64,000 nt of DNA from Dicyema japonicum (lineage: Eukaryota > Animalia > Dicyemida), in NCBI GenBank assembly GCA_011109175.1, contig RDEW01000006.1, forward strand, positions 1,386,133 to 1,450,132, written 5' to 3'. Of this stretch, positions 1 to 12,624 are shown in pieces. Every line of letters starts with the position of its first letter. Position 1 is the stretch's first letter. The translations under genes and the position numbers were made by a program. The notes below the pieces were generated by a model. That model saw only the letters and a list, made by a program, of their open reading frames with translations. It had not been told where the DNA came from and ran no database searches.

Positions 1-2764
1 AAAATTTACATAAACAGTAAAAACATCAAATTAGAAACTCCTCTGCATATTGCTGCTGCATTTGATAAACCACAAAATATAGAAATTTTACTAAACAAGC
101 ATATATCACTATTATTGTAGTAAAGCCAAAATTGAAGAGAGGGAAATTGATAGATTTACTCCATTAATGCTGGCAGCTTCATTTGGCAATCTAAAATCAG
201 TAGAAATATTACTGAAAAACAATGCCAGAATACCAAATGTGGAGAAGAATGATAGAAATTCAATATTTTTAGCATCACAGGAGAATCAGAGTGATGTTTT
301 AACTGTTTAATTTTCGGTAATTAAGATGTTATTGGAATATTGTGGGAATGTGGTCAAGAAATTTTATATTAATTGTACTGACCGTTTTGGAGAGAATCCT
401 CTACACAAGGCTAGTGAGAATGGATATTGTAGAATTGTCCAAGTTTTGTTATTTCATGAAAATATAGATTCTATTAAATCATGGGGCAAATTCATCAATT
501 AAAAATGATAATGAACAAACAGCCATGCATTTAGCTGCTCAGAATGGGTTTATAAGGTTAAAATAATATTATATTTCAGAGTTGTCGAAATCCTAGCAAA
601 GAATGACATTACACTAATCCACGGGGAAGATGAAAATTCAAATTCTCCATTGCACTTGGCTGCCCAAAATGGACATAAGGATGTTGTAAAGTTTCTAATT
701 GAGAATAATGCTGATATTGAAGCTAGGTCATATTTATTATTAATTAAAGGAATCAATTCTTATGGACACCACTAGACTGTGCTGCCCACAATGGAAATGT
801 TAAAGTATGCAAAATTCTGTTGGAAGATGACGCTCCAATAGACGCCAAGGACAGAGCGAGTGTTAATATTATTTTTAATAAGAGACAACTCCTCTTCATT
901 TGGCCTCAGCAGCAGGACATAGTGATGTTGTAAGTCTGCTTATTGAAGAAGGTGCTGACGTTAGCATGAAGGATGCAAACGGGTTCAATTCCTTAGATAG
1001 AGCTATTCATAACAATCACAGGTTGAAGTATTTGAATAAAATAGGGAAGTGGCTCAAACTATTCTCAGTTCTCCCAAGTGGCGTGAATCATTAAGAAATA
1101 AATATTATTGTCAAAATAGGAAGGAAATAATAACCCCAATGAGAGAGTTAATACAGAAAATGCCAGGTACAATAATGGTATGTAATAGATGTTGCTTTTA
1201 CTGTTTTGTCATCATCAATCACAACCAACAATAAATCTAATATTGACCCTGACCAATCTGTTATGTACAATTATGAATTTTTGGATGACATGTTCGTTAA
1301 TTGGTCGGAAGGGGATAATCTTAGTCTGGAGGGTTAAATTTAATATTAATTTAAGATTTTAATGAAATAAATAATCAAAAAATAATCAAAAAATAGTACA
1401 TACTCTCGAATGGATGGTCAAATACAAAAAGAAGGAACTTTTAGGGCATCCACTGTCACGAGAATTAATACATACAAAGTGGGTCAATTATGGACAATAC
1501 TTCTTTTATGTTAATCTCACCTTGTCATTATTATTTACAATTTCACTGACAACATTCTTGTATTTGTCAAAATCACCAAAGTTTTAAATATAATAATAAA
1601 TAGTCTTCAGAACACATCAATTACAGGCTGTCATTATGGATTTATTTCTACAAATGCTGAATACATGGGCACAATCTTCAAATATGCTGCGTTTGTGGTT
1701 TCTGGGTGCTTACTTTTGAGGGAGGTACTATATTATTTAATAAGGATATCTCAATTTATTAGATCACCGTTTAAATATTTTTCATTTGTTAATTTGATGG
1801 ATATTTCCTCATTTTGTTTATGCATATCATCATTGTTGGATGTCAGTGCATGCAATAAGCAAACGGGAATTAGAGAAGTTTGTTAATTTATTAACATAGA
1901 GTTGGCAGTGGCAGTTGGCTTGTATTTCTGTGTTTTTAGGATGCATGAATACTATTCTCATTATGCAAAAAGTATCCATGTTTGGTATATATGTCGTAAT
2001 GTTCTTTAATATTCTTAAAACTTTTTTAAATTTGTCTATAATTTTGATATTATTTATTACTTCTTTTGGAATAGTATTCCATTTACTACTTGAAAATCAA
2101 GTATTGTTTGAATATATTTGTAGATACCATTTCAAGGATTCGGGGTTTTCTTGAAAGCTTCAGTAATGATGATTGGAGAGATTGAATATACCTCCATCTT
2201 TTACCCTTCAGAACAAATCCCATATCCTTATGTAACCTATCCAATTTTTGTTTTATTTATTATTTTCATGATTATTGTGGCCATGAATTTACTGGTTATA
2301 TTAATTTTATATTTAACAGGTTGGTTTGGCAGTCGATGACATTAAGGGAGTCCAAGAGGAAGCCATGTTACAAAAAATAGCCAAACAAGTAATAATTGAA
2401 TCTTAAATTAAAGGTAGAACTAGTCATGGAAGCTGAAAGATTTTTAGGAAAAAATATTATCAAGAAATTTGCTGATAAAAAGCACATATTTTACCCAAAT
2501 AGAAAAATAAAAATATTAGGTTATCCCTTCAAATACAATCGACCCATAGAATTTAAAGCTGATGAAGGGCTAAATGATAATAAAGTTTAATTAAATTTAA
2601 TTTAGCAAAATATAAATAATATTTCTGTCGAACAAGAAAAAATAAAACAAAATTTAAAGAACCTCAAAAAAGGAGTTAATCATGTCAATAAAAATCAGAT
2701 AAAGATAATAAAAATGTTAGCAAAGTTAGTTGGGGAAAATGAAAGTGATATTGATACTGAATAA
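1..2764 (+). CDS. TRPA1: TRPA1-like ankyrin-repeat cation channel, 5'-partial, many tiny introns
   Basis: Manual splicing (introns 99-120, 305-325, 443-467, 557-579, 727-749, 860-882 etc.) joins ankyrin repeats (ETPLHIAA, TPLMLAA, NPLHKAS, TTPLHLAS). These lead into TRPA-type segments TPMRELIQKMP, YNYEFLDD, LLGHPLSRELIHTKW, the pore motif SVMMIGEIEY and S6 MNLLVGLAVDDIKGVQ. Stop TAA at 2762-2764. Confidence 0.9.
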
Positions 2765-3011
2765 TTATTAATCTTACATTATTTGTTAACGATATTAAAT
2801 ACTCATTCCTTACAAAAATGATCATTTAGGTTCACGCCTTAATCTACGTCAAGAGAGACCATATGGTCTGATGAGAATTAGTTTCTCTAAGATTTTCCTT
2901 GAATCAAGTATGAGAATTGTTATATGGGATAGCTTGTAGGTCAGAGTATCGATTGAAAAAGCCATATTAAAGTTATCCTAATGATAAAGTAATAAATTCA
3001 CACCACCATAA

Positions 3012-5096
3012 TTAATAATTGTCATCAGAATCAGTAGAAGAAATAGATTGAACAGCTATAGTCTTTTCAGGTAATTTACTAACAACAACAGTAACCTTAA
3101 TAGTAGAATCCACTCCCATATAACACATAGAACGTACACATATAATAAATTCATACTTACCCACACGTTCTGGTGATGTCATTCTCAATTGTACTGTCCT
3201 TTCATCCAATAAGTCATTCACAATTACACACGGAGTCATTAAATGTCTCCCATCAGTAACATAGATACTCCATGACTCTCCAACAAACTAAATAGTATAT
3301 AATATTACTTCTGGGAATAAAGGACAATGGACACTCCTCACTACTTTACCACCAACACTGACTAAATTACAATCCACGTGGTCTATCATATTTCTACATT
3401 TTAGGTAAACATCAAAAGTAACACAACATCCAGGAGTAACCAAATCATTATCAGTCCCATCAACTACAACTAATCCACAACAATACCAAATATAGAACAA
3501 TCAATATCAACAGAAGGCATACATCCCAACACATCATAACATATAGTAAACTCAGAGTCACTAAGAAAGTCCATCACAGTCCTAGCAGAACCATAATCAA
3601 GAGAGACTAAATCAACAAGTGAACGAACAGGTATTTTCTTAATTAGAGACAGGAGTACCTTCCTAGACACAATCTTCTTAGCTCTATTCAAATCAATGAA
3701 TGGAAGTTGTAGAAAAGGATTAAGGAATGAATCTTCGAATGTAATAGACTGAGTAAGATGAGCTGATAATCTGATAGTGTTATCTAGAGTGGTTATTGAT
3801 GGTTCATGGGGACTAATCATTAATAATAAAACATACCATGACCAGCATGCGACATTGATACAAATGTCATTATTATTTTTATGAGTTCTGATATCAATTG
3901 AGGACATTTTGTAATTATGATTGATCTGTCTCTGTTAAGATTGGGGGTTATTGACATTCTTTGTAAATGAGAGTACAACAAAGCACGTGCCTTTATTGAG
4001 TAAGGCTGCTTGAATATATTTTCTCCTTGGTAGGACTGAGCACGTGGATTAACTTTAACAACTACAAATATAATTTTAGTTAACCAATGATAATAAATAT
4101 AATTTTTAAGTGGTCAACCAATAATAATAATATTAAAAAACAAACAGCGGGCATGTCCTGTGCATCTGTAATTCTGAAAGGTATATCTGAACCATGCAGG
4201 GGATCAAACTCAAATGCTGCAGACATGCAAACCATTATTCTCTCAGAGTTCATCTCAGGATGTTTATGTACAAAATAGCCAAATAACTGTTCAGTGTCCT
4301 CCAATAATCTTCCATCAACCTTAGACCGCCTCCAATATAAAACCTAAAATAGCACGTGTTGGTCTACCAGAACGATGGGAACTCCAACAAACAAAATAAC
4401 AAGGTAAATACAAAAAATCTACAATAACCCCACAATTACGGCAAATCTGTTTTCCCTTTGTGTGAGCCAAAGTGGAAGAGCAGTCCCAACCTCAAAGGCT
4501 GATATTATAAAGACAAATACTTGTTGGACCATCGGGATTTCCATATTTCTCCCAATTTTCATGTGCTTCAGAGTCCATGAGTCTGGAAATGATAACAAAA
4601 TCTACGTTTTATAAGCCTTGGCAATATCCATAAATTTTTCAGGGTTTCCACCTTTGTCTGGGTGTGGACATAGCTTAGGTGACGGTAGGCATCCTTTATT
4701 TCTCTGTGAGAGGCACCCCAAATTATAAAAGGACTTACAATTTCAAGGTTAAGCAGGTGGAATGGATCAAAGGTAGTCTTTGTTTCGAGGGATGACGCAC
4801 TCCGTCCCAACAACACGACCCCAACCCATCCACTAAGTATTATGATGGTTCTGAGTTTATATATTTAATAATTGACAGAAAATGCCGCTTAAATGAGACG
4901 TTTGAATTGTTTTTGCAAGCCTTTTTCTTGCATGGACTGCAATTGCATACGTGAACTGGAGTTTTAATCTCTTAGAGTGAGATGAGTAATTACTGTGGGA
5001 GAAGAGACTTTTAACAATGTATAATGTTCCTGGTATGAGGAATAGGATGATTATTGTGATTACAAAGTATATGAGAATTGACGATTCGTTTTCCAT
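3012..5096 (-). CDS. SEC63: Translocation protein SEC63 (TM + J domain + Sec63/Brl domain)
   Basis: N-terminal TM (ILIYFVITIIILFLIPGT), J domain FDPFHLL..REIKDAYRHLS..HPDKGG (one apparent 1-nt deletion), YGNPDGP, AAFEFDP, FLQLPFI, VHCPLFPE and C-terminal CVRSMCYMGVD. Confidence 0.88.
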
Positions 5097-5679
5097 TGTA
5101 TGTTGTCGAACGTGGAATAATAAATTTTAATAATTAATTTAATATTTATAATATTTTTATTTAATTATTAATATTTACGTTTGTTTGTGGCTGATTGTAT
5201 ATCTGTTTTCTCAAGTATGGAAACAAATCCTGATGGCCTTCCTACTGATTTGATGGAAAAAATACACGATCAGAAGTAGGACTGCATGAACTACCTGGTG
5301 TTAGTGATATACCACAGCAGCCTTCACCCGACTTTTACTATCTCTGAGGACACTTATCGCTAGTATTTGTCACAATGACAAGCGCCAGTGGACAAGTAAA
5401 TTTGTCGATTGTTCCAAAGCAAAATTCGGGAAGATTCCTAGTCGTGGCTGACAATAATTCCCGACACCTTTAATGATAGGTTTTCAACCAGCACGAGCAT
5501 TTCAAATGTTAAGAAATTTTTAAGGTAGGGATTCCTAAGACGAATAGTTTTGTAGTTGTTGAGGTTAACTGCAAAGGAGATTATGACTGATGTGACACAA
5601 AAGAAATATCTATATATGAAAAGTTAAAGAAGAGATTCAAATCAAAATTTTTATCATGATTGCAAATTTTCTCAGAATA

Positions 5680-7130
5680 ACTTTGCATTTTGACGGATTC
5701 GTCTCCAGTTCAAGTTCTGCGAGAACAGAGATGGAGGACATGACCTCTGCCACCATAATTTCCCAGATCTCTCCAATAGTCCAGATACCATAAATTAACT
5801 GGAGCTTGATTGCTTAGCCAGTAGAACTGATGCCCAAAGGGAAGAGTAGGGGGCTAATGGGATCGCTTTGTTGAACTCCAGTCCTGGATTCAAGGGTATG
5901 TGCTCGAAAATCATCGTGCGTGGCGAACCATATGAGGTTAACAATCCTGCTGATTTTCTTATTCCTGGAAACACTCATCTCTATGATTCCATGTGTGCGA
6001 ATATTATTGAATTAAAGGAAAACAATTTATTACGAAACAAGACAATCAAAATAATCCAGCCGATGGAATGGAATAGCTGTTTCCCCTGACAACTGCCAGA
6101 GAAATCTTTTGGAACAACCATTCGGTTTCCCGATGATCGTTGCTGACCTTCGAAATTAGTGACCCAAGAGATCTTAGAAAAGAGACCGTCTTGGGCCCGA
6201 AGACTCCACTTTTCTCCGACAACAGTGGGCTTAACATGGAATCTTGTAAAGAGGCTATAGTATTTTTTCTTGAAATTCTCGAAAGTCCGCTCAGCCTCCT
6301 CAGCTTTCAACGCGGAACCAGCAAGGTATCGGTACAAGTCCCATCCTATTAATTAATTTATAATATCCAATTTATATATTATTGTATTCTGAGTGTTTCC
6401 CAGACTGAAATTTCGGATTTTGTGAATTTCCGCTTGAGTTGGGCTAAGTTCAGGGATTAGAATTTTGCAGACTGTTCTAGCAGGAATCTTCAATGTCAGG
6501 CGTTTGAGTAGATTGCCTATAGTGATGACTCTTAACCAACCAACAAGCGTTCTGAAAGCAATTAATTTTGATGCAAACACAAGATCTCGGTCATAGTCTG
6601 AATTCTCTCCTTAAAAATTATTAAGAGCCTTCATTGAATTGATCAAGGAGTTCCCCATATCAGCGGCCGTAACAGAATTAATATGGCTAGAATGTAGATC
6701 ATCTAAACCAGCACTGCTGCTTCCTGGGAATGATGAAATAACAGATTGTATATCACTTGTGGTTGTTGTCAAATGTGATATTCCATCCCAATTTTAGTCT
6801 CACGTAGATCTACTGGGGTAGGTGCTGTTTTGAGACCACATGTTCTAGGGTTTCCTTTATTGGTAAAAGAACCTTTTCGTTGCTGGATAATGTACTCCGC
6901 TCACCGAATGTCTCCAACCATTATTTATTTGTTCACTTCCGCAAGTAGATTCGCTTGTCTTTCTTGACCATGGGTGTTGAGGGTGGACAACCAGCGATCG
7001 AAATGCTTCCAAGTTAACAGTCTCATATTTAGAAGCATTTTTTATGATATATGAGGTTCCTTCGATTCGGTTGGATGTGAACCGAGGACAAGAGGTACAA
7101 GCAGAGAAGGTGGATCCGTAAATTTTGATT
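5680..7130 (-). mobile_element. Degraded CRE-like (RLE) non-LTR retrotransposon fragments
   Basis: Minus-strand remnants PGSSSAGLDDLHS, RTGVQQSDP and the RLE tail AEEAE..KKKYYSL / FLRSLGSLISKVSNDHRETEWLFQKISLAVVRGN. Confidence 0.7.
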
Positions 7131-7386
7131 ATATTCTTTGATGCCCAAGTGATTAACTTTGAAAAACAGGAGTAACCGTTAGACCGATCTTATACCCTAA
7201 GCGAGATAACCCTCTCCGTTTTAGATAGGAAGAGGACTCCGTGTAATTCCCAAGGCATGGTCAAGATTATCCTTATTGTTAGCTCATAGCAGACAATAGG
7301 TGTAGTGGAGACAATTTCATTAATGAGTAATAAAATATAACTCCCAGTTTTATTAATATAAAAATCTATTAATGAACACATATTTA

Positions 7387-7839
7387 TTAAGAATAATACT
7401 TTTCATTATCCCACGTGCGCATATTACATGAAGTAATTTTATACGTGTTGTTGAACATGGATAAAGTAAAGTTATTAAAAAATGTCTTTTCTGTTGATTT
7501 TATAGTAAAGATTCCCTGGACTACAACAAGAAAGATACGAATGACCCATCTAAATGGTAATACTAACAAATATACTTATTATGATGGACTCACAGTCGTA
7601 TGAGTACAGTCTGTGGGTTGTTGACGGAAAGTCTTGGAGGAATTTGATAGCCTTCTCTCCAATAAACTCATTTCCATTAAAGATAAGTCTGGACTGAGGA
7701 GTGAAGATATTAATGAGTTCCTGAATAAACAATTAAAACTTACGTTACGTTTTTTATCCATTATTTCGTAGAAATTGTTAATAAATTCACGTCCTATTTT
7801 ATCGGAGCTACTTTTTGTATTCGTCAATGACACATCCAT
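7387..7839 (-). CDS. NXT: NTF2-related export protein (NXT1/2-like)
   Basis: GREFINNFYEIMDKKR, LIFNGNEFIGEKAIKFLQDFPSTTH..YDCE, LVVVQG..FFNNFTL..YKITSCNMR; two tiny introns and one apparent indel. Confidence 0.82.
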
Positions 7840-8119
7840 ATAACACGACGTCCAATTTAAAATTTAAATAAAATTTATTTTTAAATAAATTATTTTATTA
7901 AGAAATTAAGTCATTGATAATAATAAATAATTCTGAAGTGTCATGGCCTTCTGACTGAACGTCCGATGACATCGGATCTGAAGATCGTGGGTTTATGGGA
8001 CTCTCTTTTATCCGACATTTTAATAACAAAGTAACTTCTTTTAACAAAATGAGAATCCTAAAACTGCTTTAAAAACAATTAAGACAAAATCGGTAGCCTT
8101 GTGACAGTTAATCTGATCC

Positions 8120-8260
8120 ACGATGACGTATGCAAGTCCTTATGAGACGATGACATGCCAGATGGAAGAGCTGAACAGGATTCTCGACCTCCACTTGACT
8201 GATCACTTAGTTAGTTGAGAACTTTTACTTCTTTCTCTTTGACTCAGTGATCCTGGGTAC
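8120..8260 (+). mobile_element. 3' end fragment of APE-LINE family
   Basis: Near-identical to segments at 14152-14180 and 14385-14517, including the GATCACTTAGTTAG...GTGATCCTGGG terminus. Confidence 0.7.
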
Positions 8261-8419
8261 TAATAAGTCCCTGAGACAATTTGGTTCCTCAATGATGGAA
8301 TAACTGGTGACGATTTCACTGGTTCTTTATTTTCTTTAATAAACTGAGATGATGAAAGCATTACTATTCCTCGGCTGAAGGGCTTAATTATATTATCATC
8401 AAGGACTATCGAGATATTT

Positions 8420-9690
8420 GTCACAATCTTCATTTTGTCATACACGAAAATATATGGTTTATTGTGCTGCATTTCTGTGTCAGTCATGATTTCCACTCTC
8501 TGCGTCGTAACAATTGACAGAACTTAATGTGTTTTAGACGTTTAGATTTCTTGATGCTACAAAAACTACATAAATGCTGATGAATTATAAAAACTTAGTT
8601 ACACCTCCTCATATAATCACTATTGAGCATTCTGCTACAACGTATAGCCAATTTCTTAGCCTTCTTGCAATAACTACAAACTGAATCACTTATGTCACTA
8701 AATAAGTTCATGTCCTGAAGCAAACAATACATGCCTTCCGATCTCGGGATATTATTTTTCCACTAATTAACCACTCCTAAGATACGGTCAGATCAATGTT
8801 TCCATCTTCGTAAAATATTATAAATCCAGAGGTTGTCAAACGGTGTGCCGCCTGCCAAATTTATATACATTTTTTGACCTAATTAATTTAAAAAGATAAA
8901 CAAATTAAAATAATTACTAAAATTAAAATAATCATTTTTTTATTATATATTAAATGACATTTACATTGGTTAACCAAAGCCTCGAGGGAGCGTCGGGAAA
9001 CCGAGTGGCTTTTCCAAAGGATATCCCTGGCAGTAGTCAGAGGTAACAGCCACTCGATCATATCCGCTGGACTTTAGAACGATTTTATTGTTATTAATAA
9101 ATGTTTTTTTTAGATACGAAATCCTTTTCTTGTGTCAGAATAAAAACACTTATCTGTTAAAGAAAATGAAGAACTTATTGCACTGTTTAATGATCGATCC
9201 TTAAAATTAATGATGACGGAGTTAGACATTGGAGAATTCTGGATATATTCGAAACATATATCCCAGTTTATCAAAACAAGCACTGACATAATTTTAAAGT
9301 TTTCAACGACCTATTTATGCGAAACAGATTTTTCTACGATGCATAATATGAAATATAACAAACGTGAAAGTTTGAGAAACATTGATGCTGAAATGCGAGT
9401 GGCTTTGTCAACCATTCGACCTGATATTGATGATATATGCAAAAACAATAATAATTAAGATTTCATTTTTTATTAATAAAAATTTGGGCATTAAATTACC
9501 AATTTTGTACTTAGTTTTACACATCTTAAAAATTTAATTTTTTATTTTTTAATGTGTGCCGTGGATTATTTTTTTTACGATAAGTGTGCCGCGAGAATTA
9601 TTTTTTGAAAAGCTCTGTTATAAATCATTGAGCGAAGCGGCTTTTTCGAAATAGAATCAATCAGGACTTTCTCTTAACGCTTACAGATAT
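8420..9690 (-). mobile_element. R4/Dong-like RLE non-LTR fragment, interrupted by a Buster insertion
   Basis: EWLISG..RSEGMYCLLQD, zinc knuckle CSYCKK..LAIRCSRMLNSDY and HNKPYIFVYDK; the reading context continues on both sides of 8826-9617. Confidence 0.7.
8826..9617 (+). mobile_element. Non-autonomous hAT (Buster/Charlie-type) DNA transposon
   Basis: TIRs CAGAGGTTGTCAAA / TTTGAAAAGCTCTG; 8-bp TSD TTATAAAT (8818-8825, 9618-9625) with central TA; internal hAT dimerisation remnant FSTTYLCETDFSTM..MRVALSTIRPDID (9210-9458). Confidence 0.88.
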
Positions 9691-10029
9691 CCGTCAGGTG
9701 TATTTGGTAATGTTAAGAACTCAAAAAAGGGCCCAGACGAGAAAAGATGCGGCCATATTCTGGTCGTCAACAAGACATGATATGCAAAATGGAGGGACAG
9801 TTGTCCGATTCTGTTCAGTTAGGAACGTAAATTTACGTGGTGAACACAACGGAGGCGCGCTAAGTGGACACATACTTCTCACGGTAAAAAAACTTCTCTT
9901 CCATCAATATTCAACGCAAGACGTCCCAGAAGTTCATCCAACCAGTCTATTTTGATTGGGGAAATACAACGCAACAATTCTCATGCCATGTGACTGGCCT
10001 ACGTGATGGCATCGCTCACTTGAAGTGTT

Positions 10030-12620
10030 GGAAAAAAGTCCCAAACTCCCTATCCCGCAACCATAGACACGCGGATCCTACTCTTTTTCTGTGTAGATGT
10101 CGAGGCAGATCCCGGACCAGATCTAGTCATATTACAAATTAACATCAATGATATTCGAACAAAAATTGCCGAACTACAACGCTTTCTCATAAAACACTCA
10201 GTGGATAAATCTCTCTTTCAAGAGACGATACTTAACCTACGGCGACCAACCCCCAACTTTCCGGGAAACTCAGTTTTCGAACGAGACAGAGGTCATAGAA
10301 AGGAAGGAGTCCTTATCACGCTAATCAGAAAGCATATAGTGGCCAGAAATATTTCGGACGAGATCCCGGACCCCTCCCGCCTTGACGCCACACTGGAACA
10401 GCTAACTCTGAGAATACCCTCTCTCCGATTGACAGTTATCAATATGTACATACCCCTCCACCATCATGCCCCAGCGGTTACAGACCCGAACTCAAGAGAA
10501 TTATCAGGTTGGAAAACACACTAATTGGTGGTGACGTAAATGCGAAGAGTTCCCAATGGTATGCTGACCAACAACTGGATCAACGGGGTGCCCTCATATC
10601 CAACACTTTTGACGACTTGATCATTCTCAATAATCTAAACAAACAAACAAGGGCCCCTTCCCGTCGAGGCTAATCCCCTACTTCATCCGACATTTCTTTT
10701 GCCGCTTCTCTCTGCGGCTGTCATTTCATATGATGTTATGTATGACTTACATGAGGATCCCACAAAAACATTAGTTAATGAACACTCCGAAAACCAATGT
10801 GAACTTCTCAAAGGCGATATTGCTTGCCTTCACATATTTTATCGACCTACACCTTCATGCCTTCCGGATAGAGAACTTTGAATTTATCGACGCTGCTGCC
10901 AAATACCTCAACGAGATTATACTTCGAGTTCGCAAAAGATACATTCCGATGGGTCGTTCTCAACGTCCATAACACCCAATTGATGCTGAACCGCGAGATC
11001 TAGTCCAAACAAGAAATAAGCTGTAGAATTTCGAAAGACAATCAGTGGACGTTACTGAAAGGACAAAGAAATCACGCGGAACATCACAAAACACAACAAA
11101 GAACGTTGGGAAGCCTCTCAGAAGAGCTACGAATAATACTTTCCCCACTGTATTATAGAAATCGATAAGGAGGCTCAAGAAGTGCTCTCACATTTAATTG
11201 GACATCGAGAGCCATCCAAATCCCAATGACATTATGAAGTACTATGCGAATATTATCATAAACCATTTTCAAAAGACCTGGATGTTCGTTCTGGCAATGG
11301 TCGAAGGAATAAATGTCCCAACATGACTTTCTTCGACCCTTCAATGGTGCACTCAGTAATCAGGAAAATGAATAACTCGTTGTCCCGCGGTTCAGATGAC
11401 ATCTCCATTCTCGAACTGAAACACCTGGGTCCTTCCGCGACGGCCGCAATAACAAAAATTTTCAACCTCTCAATAAACGAGAACAAGATTCCGTCAATAT
11501 GGAAGAAATCTCTGATCACCCAATCTTGAAAAAAAAAACCACCAAACTGCTTGTCCTCCTACCGCCCGGTATCCATCATCTGCGTTTTATCACGAGTGCT
11601 AGAAAAACTGGTCCATTCATAATTCTAGCATCTTTTATACACAGATTCCGCGAAGGACACTCGACAACAACTCATCTAACAAAACTGGTTCAATTCATTT
11701 CGGACAGCCTGAATACCCCAAATCCACAAGAGAACCGTGCTGGTCTCAGTGGATGTAGAGAAGGCTTTGACTCAGTATCCCGGAAAATCCTTACAGTAAA
11801 AATTTTTATGACGTCGATCCACCTTAAATTCAAGTCATGGTTGGCTAACTTCATTAACGATCGAATGGGCCAAATGGTGGCAAACAAAAATCAAAACCGA
11901 GATACCTTCCAAATGGAGTTCCATAAGGATCACCGTTATCACCATTGCTCTTCAACATGTTCATCAGTGACTTTCCATCCCCAACCACCAAAAACACAAT
12001 TCTTTATCGTATGCGGATGATCTAGTGGTTGCAGTGAAACATCGAAGAATCGAGGCGACACGATCCCTGCAAGATCTACTAAACCTGATTGGTCTTTGGT
12101 TCTTGAAGAACCGTCTGAATATATCACCAGGAAAGTCACATGTAATGACGTTTACCTTAGCACGAAATGAATCACGGGCAACACCACAAATGACATTCTA
12201 TGATTCTCACCTTTCATTAAGAAGACCCTTTCAATCCTTGGAGTCATCCTGGATCCCTAATTCACATTTGCTCATCAAGTGGACCTAGTGACCGCGAGGA
12301 TCCAAAAGAAAATTGGAATTCTCAAGGCTTTCACTCACTCTCCAATATCTTCCCGTCCATTGTTAGAGCTTCTACACAAACAATTTGTTCTACCTAGTAT
12401 CGAGTACGCATGTGCTGCATACATTGTTCCCTAATCAATATCGACACAGAGCAAGCTGGAGGTTATACAAAATCGATGTCTCAGAATTCTATTGAGATCG
12501 TCGAAAAAGACGTCCACCTCGTTACTGCGGAGAACACTAAACGTCCCCCAATCATGGAATACCCTACGGAAAGTCATCGGGACTTCCTTAAGATGGAAAA
12601 GTCCCCTGACCATCCCCTCG
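10030..12620 (+). mobile_element. Degraded APE+RT LINE (I/Jockey-group-like)
   Basis: ILQININ, LFQET, LIGGDVNA, GSDDISILELK, IPSIWK, HRFREGHSTTT, GVP.GSPLSPLLFNMF; many stops and frameshifts. Confidence 0.85.
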
Positions 12621-12624
12621 GATC

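Noticed and set aside
2858-2895. Hammerhead ribozyme core (CTGATGA), also at ~27996 and ~59283
   Set aside because: No properly placed stem II-GAAA and cleavage triplet could be built.
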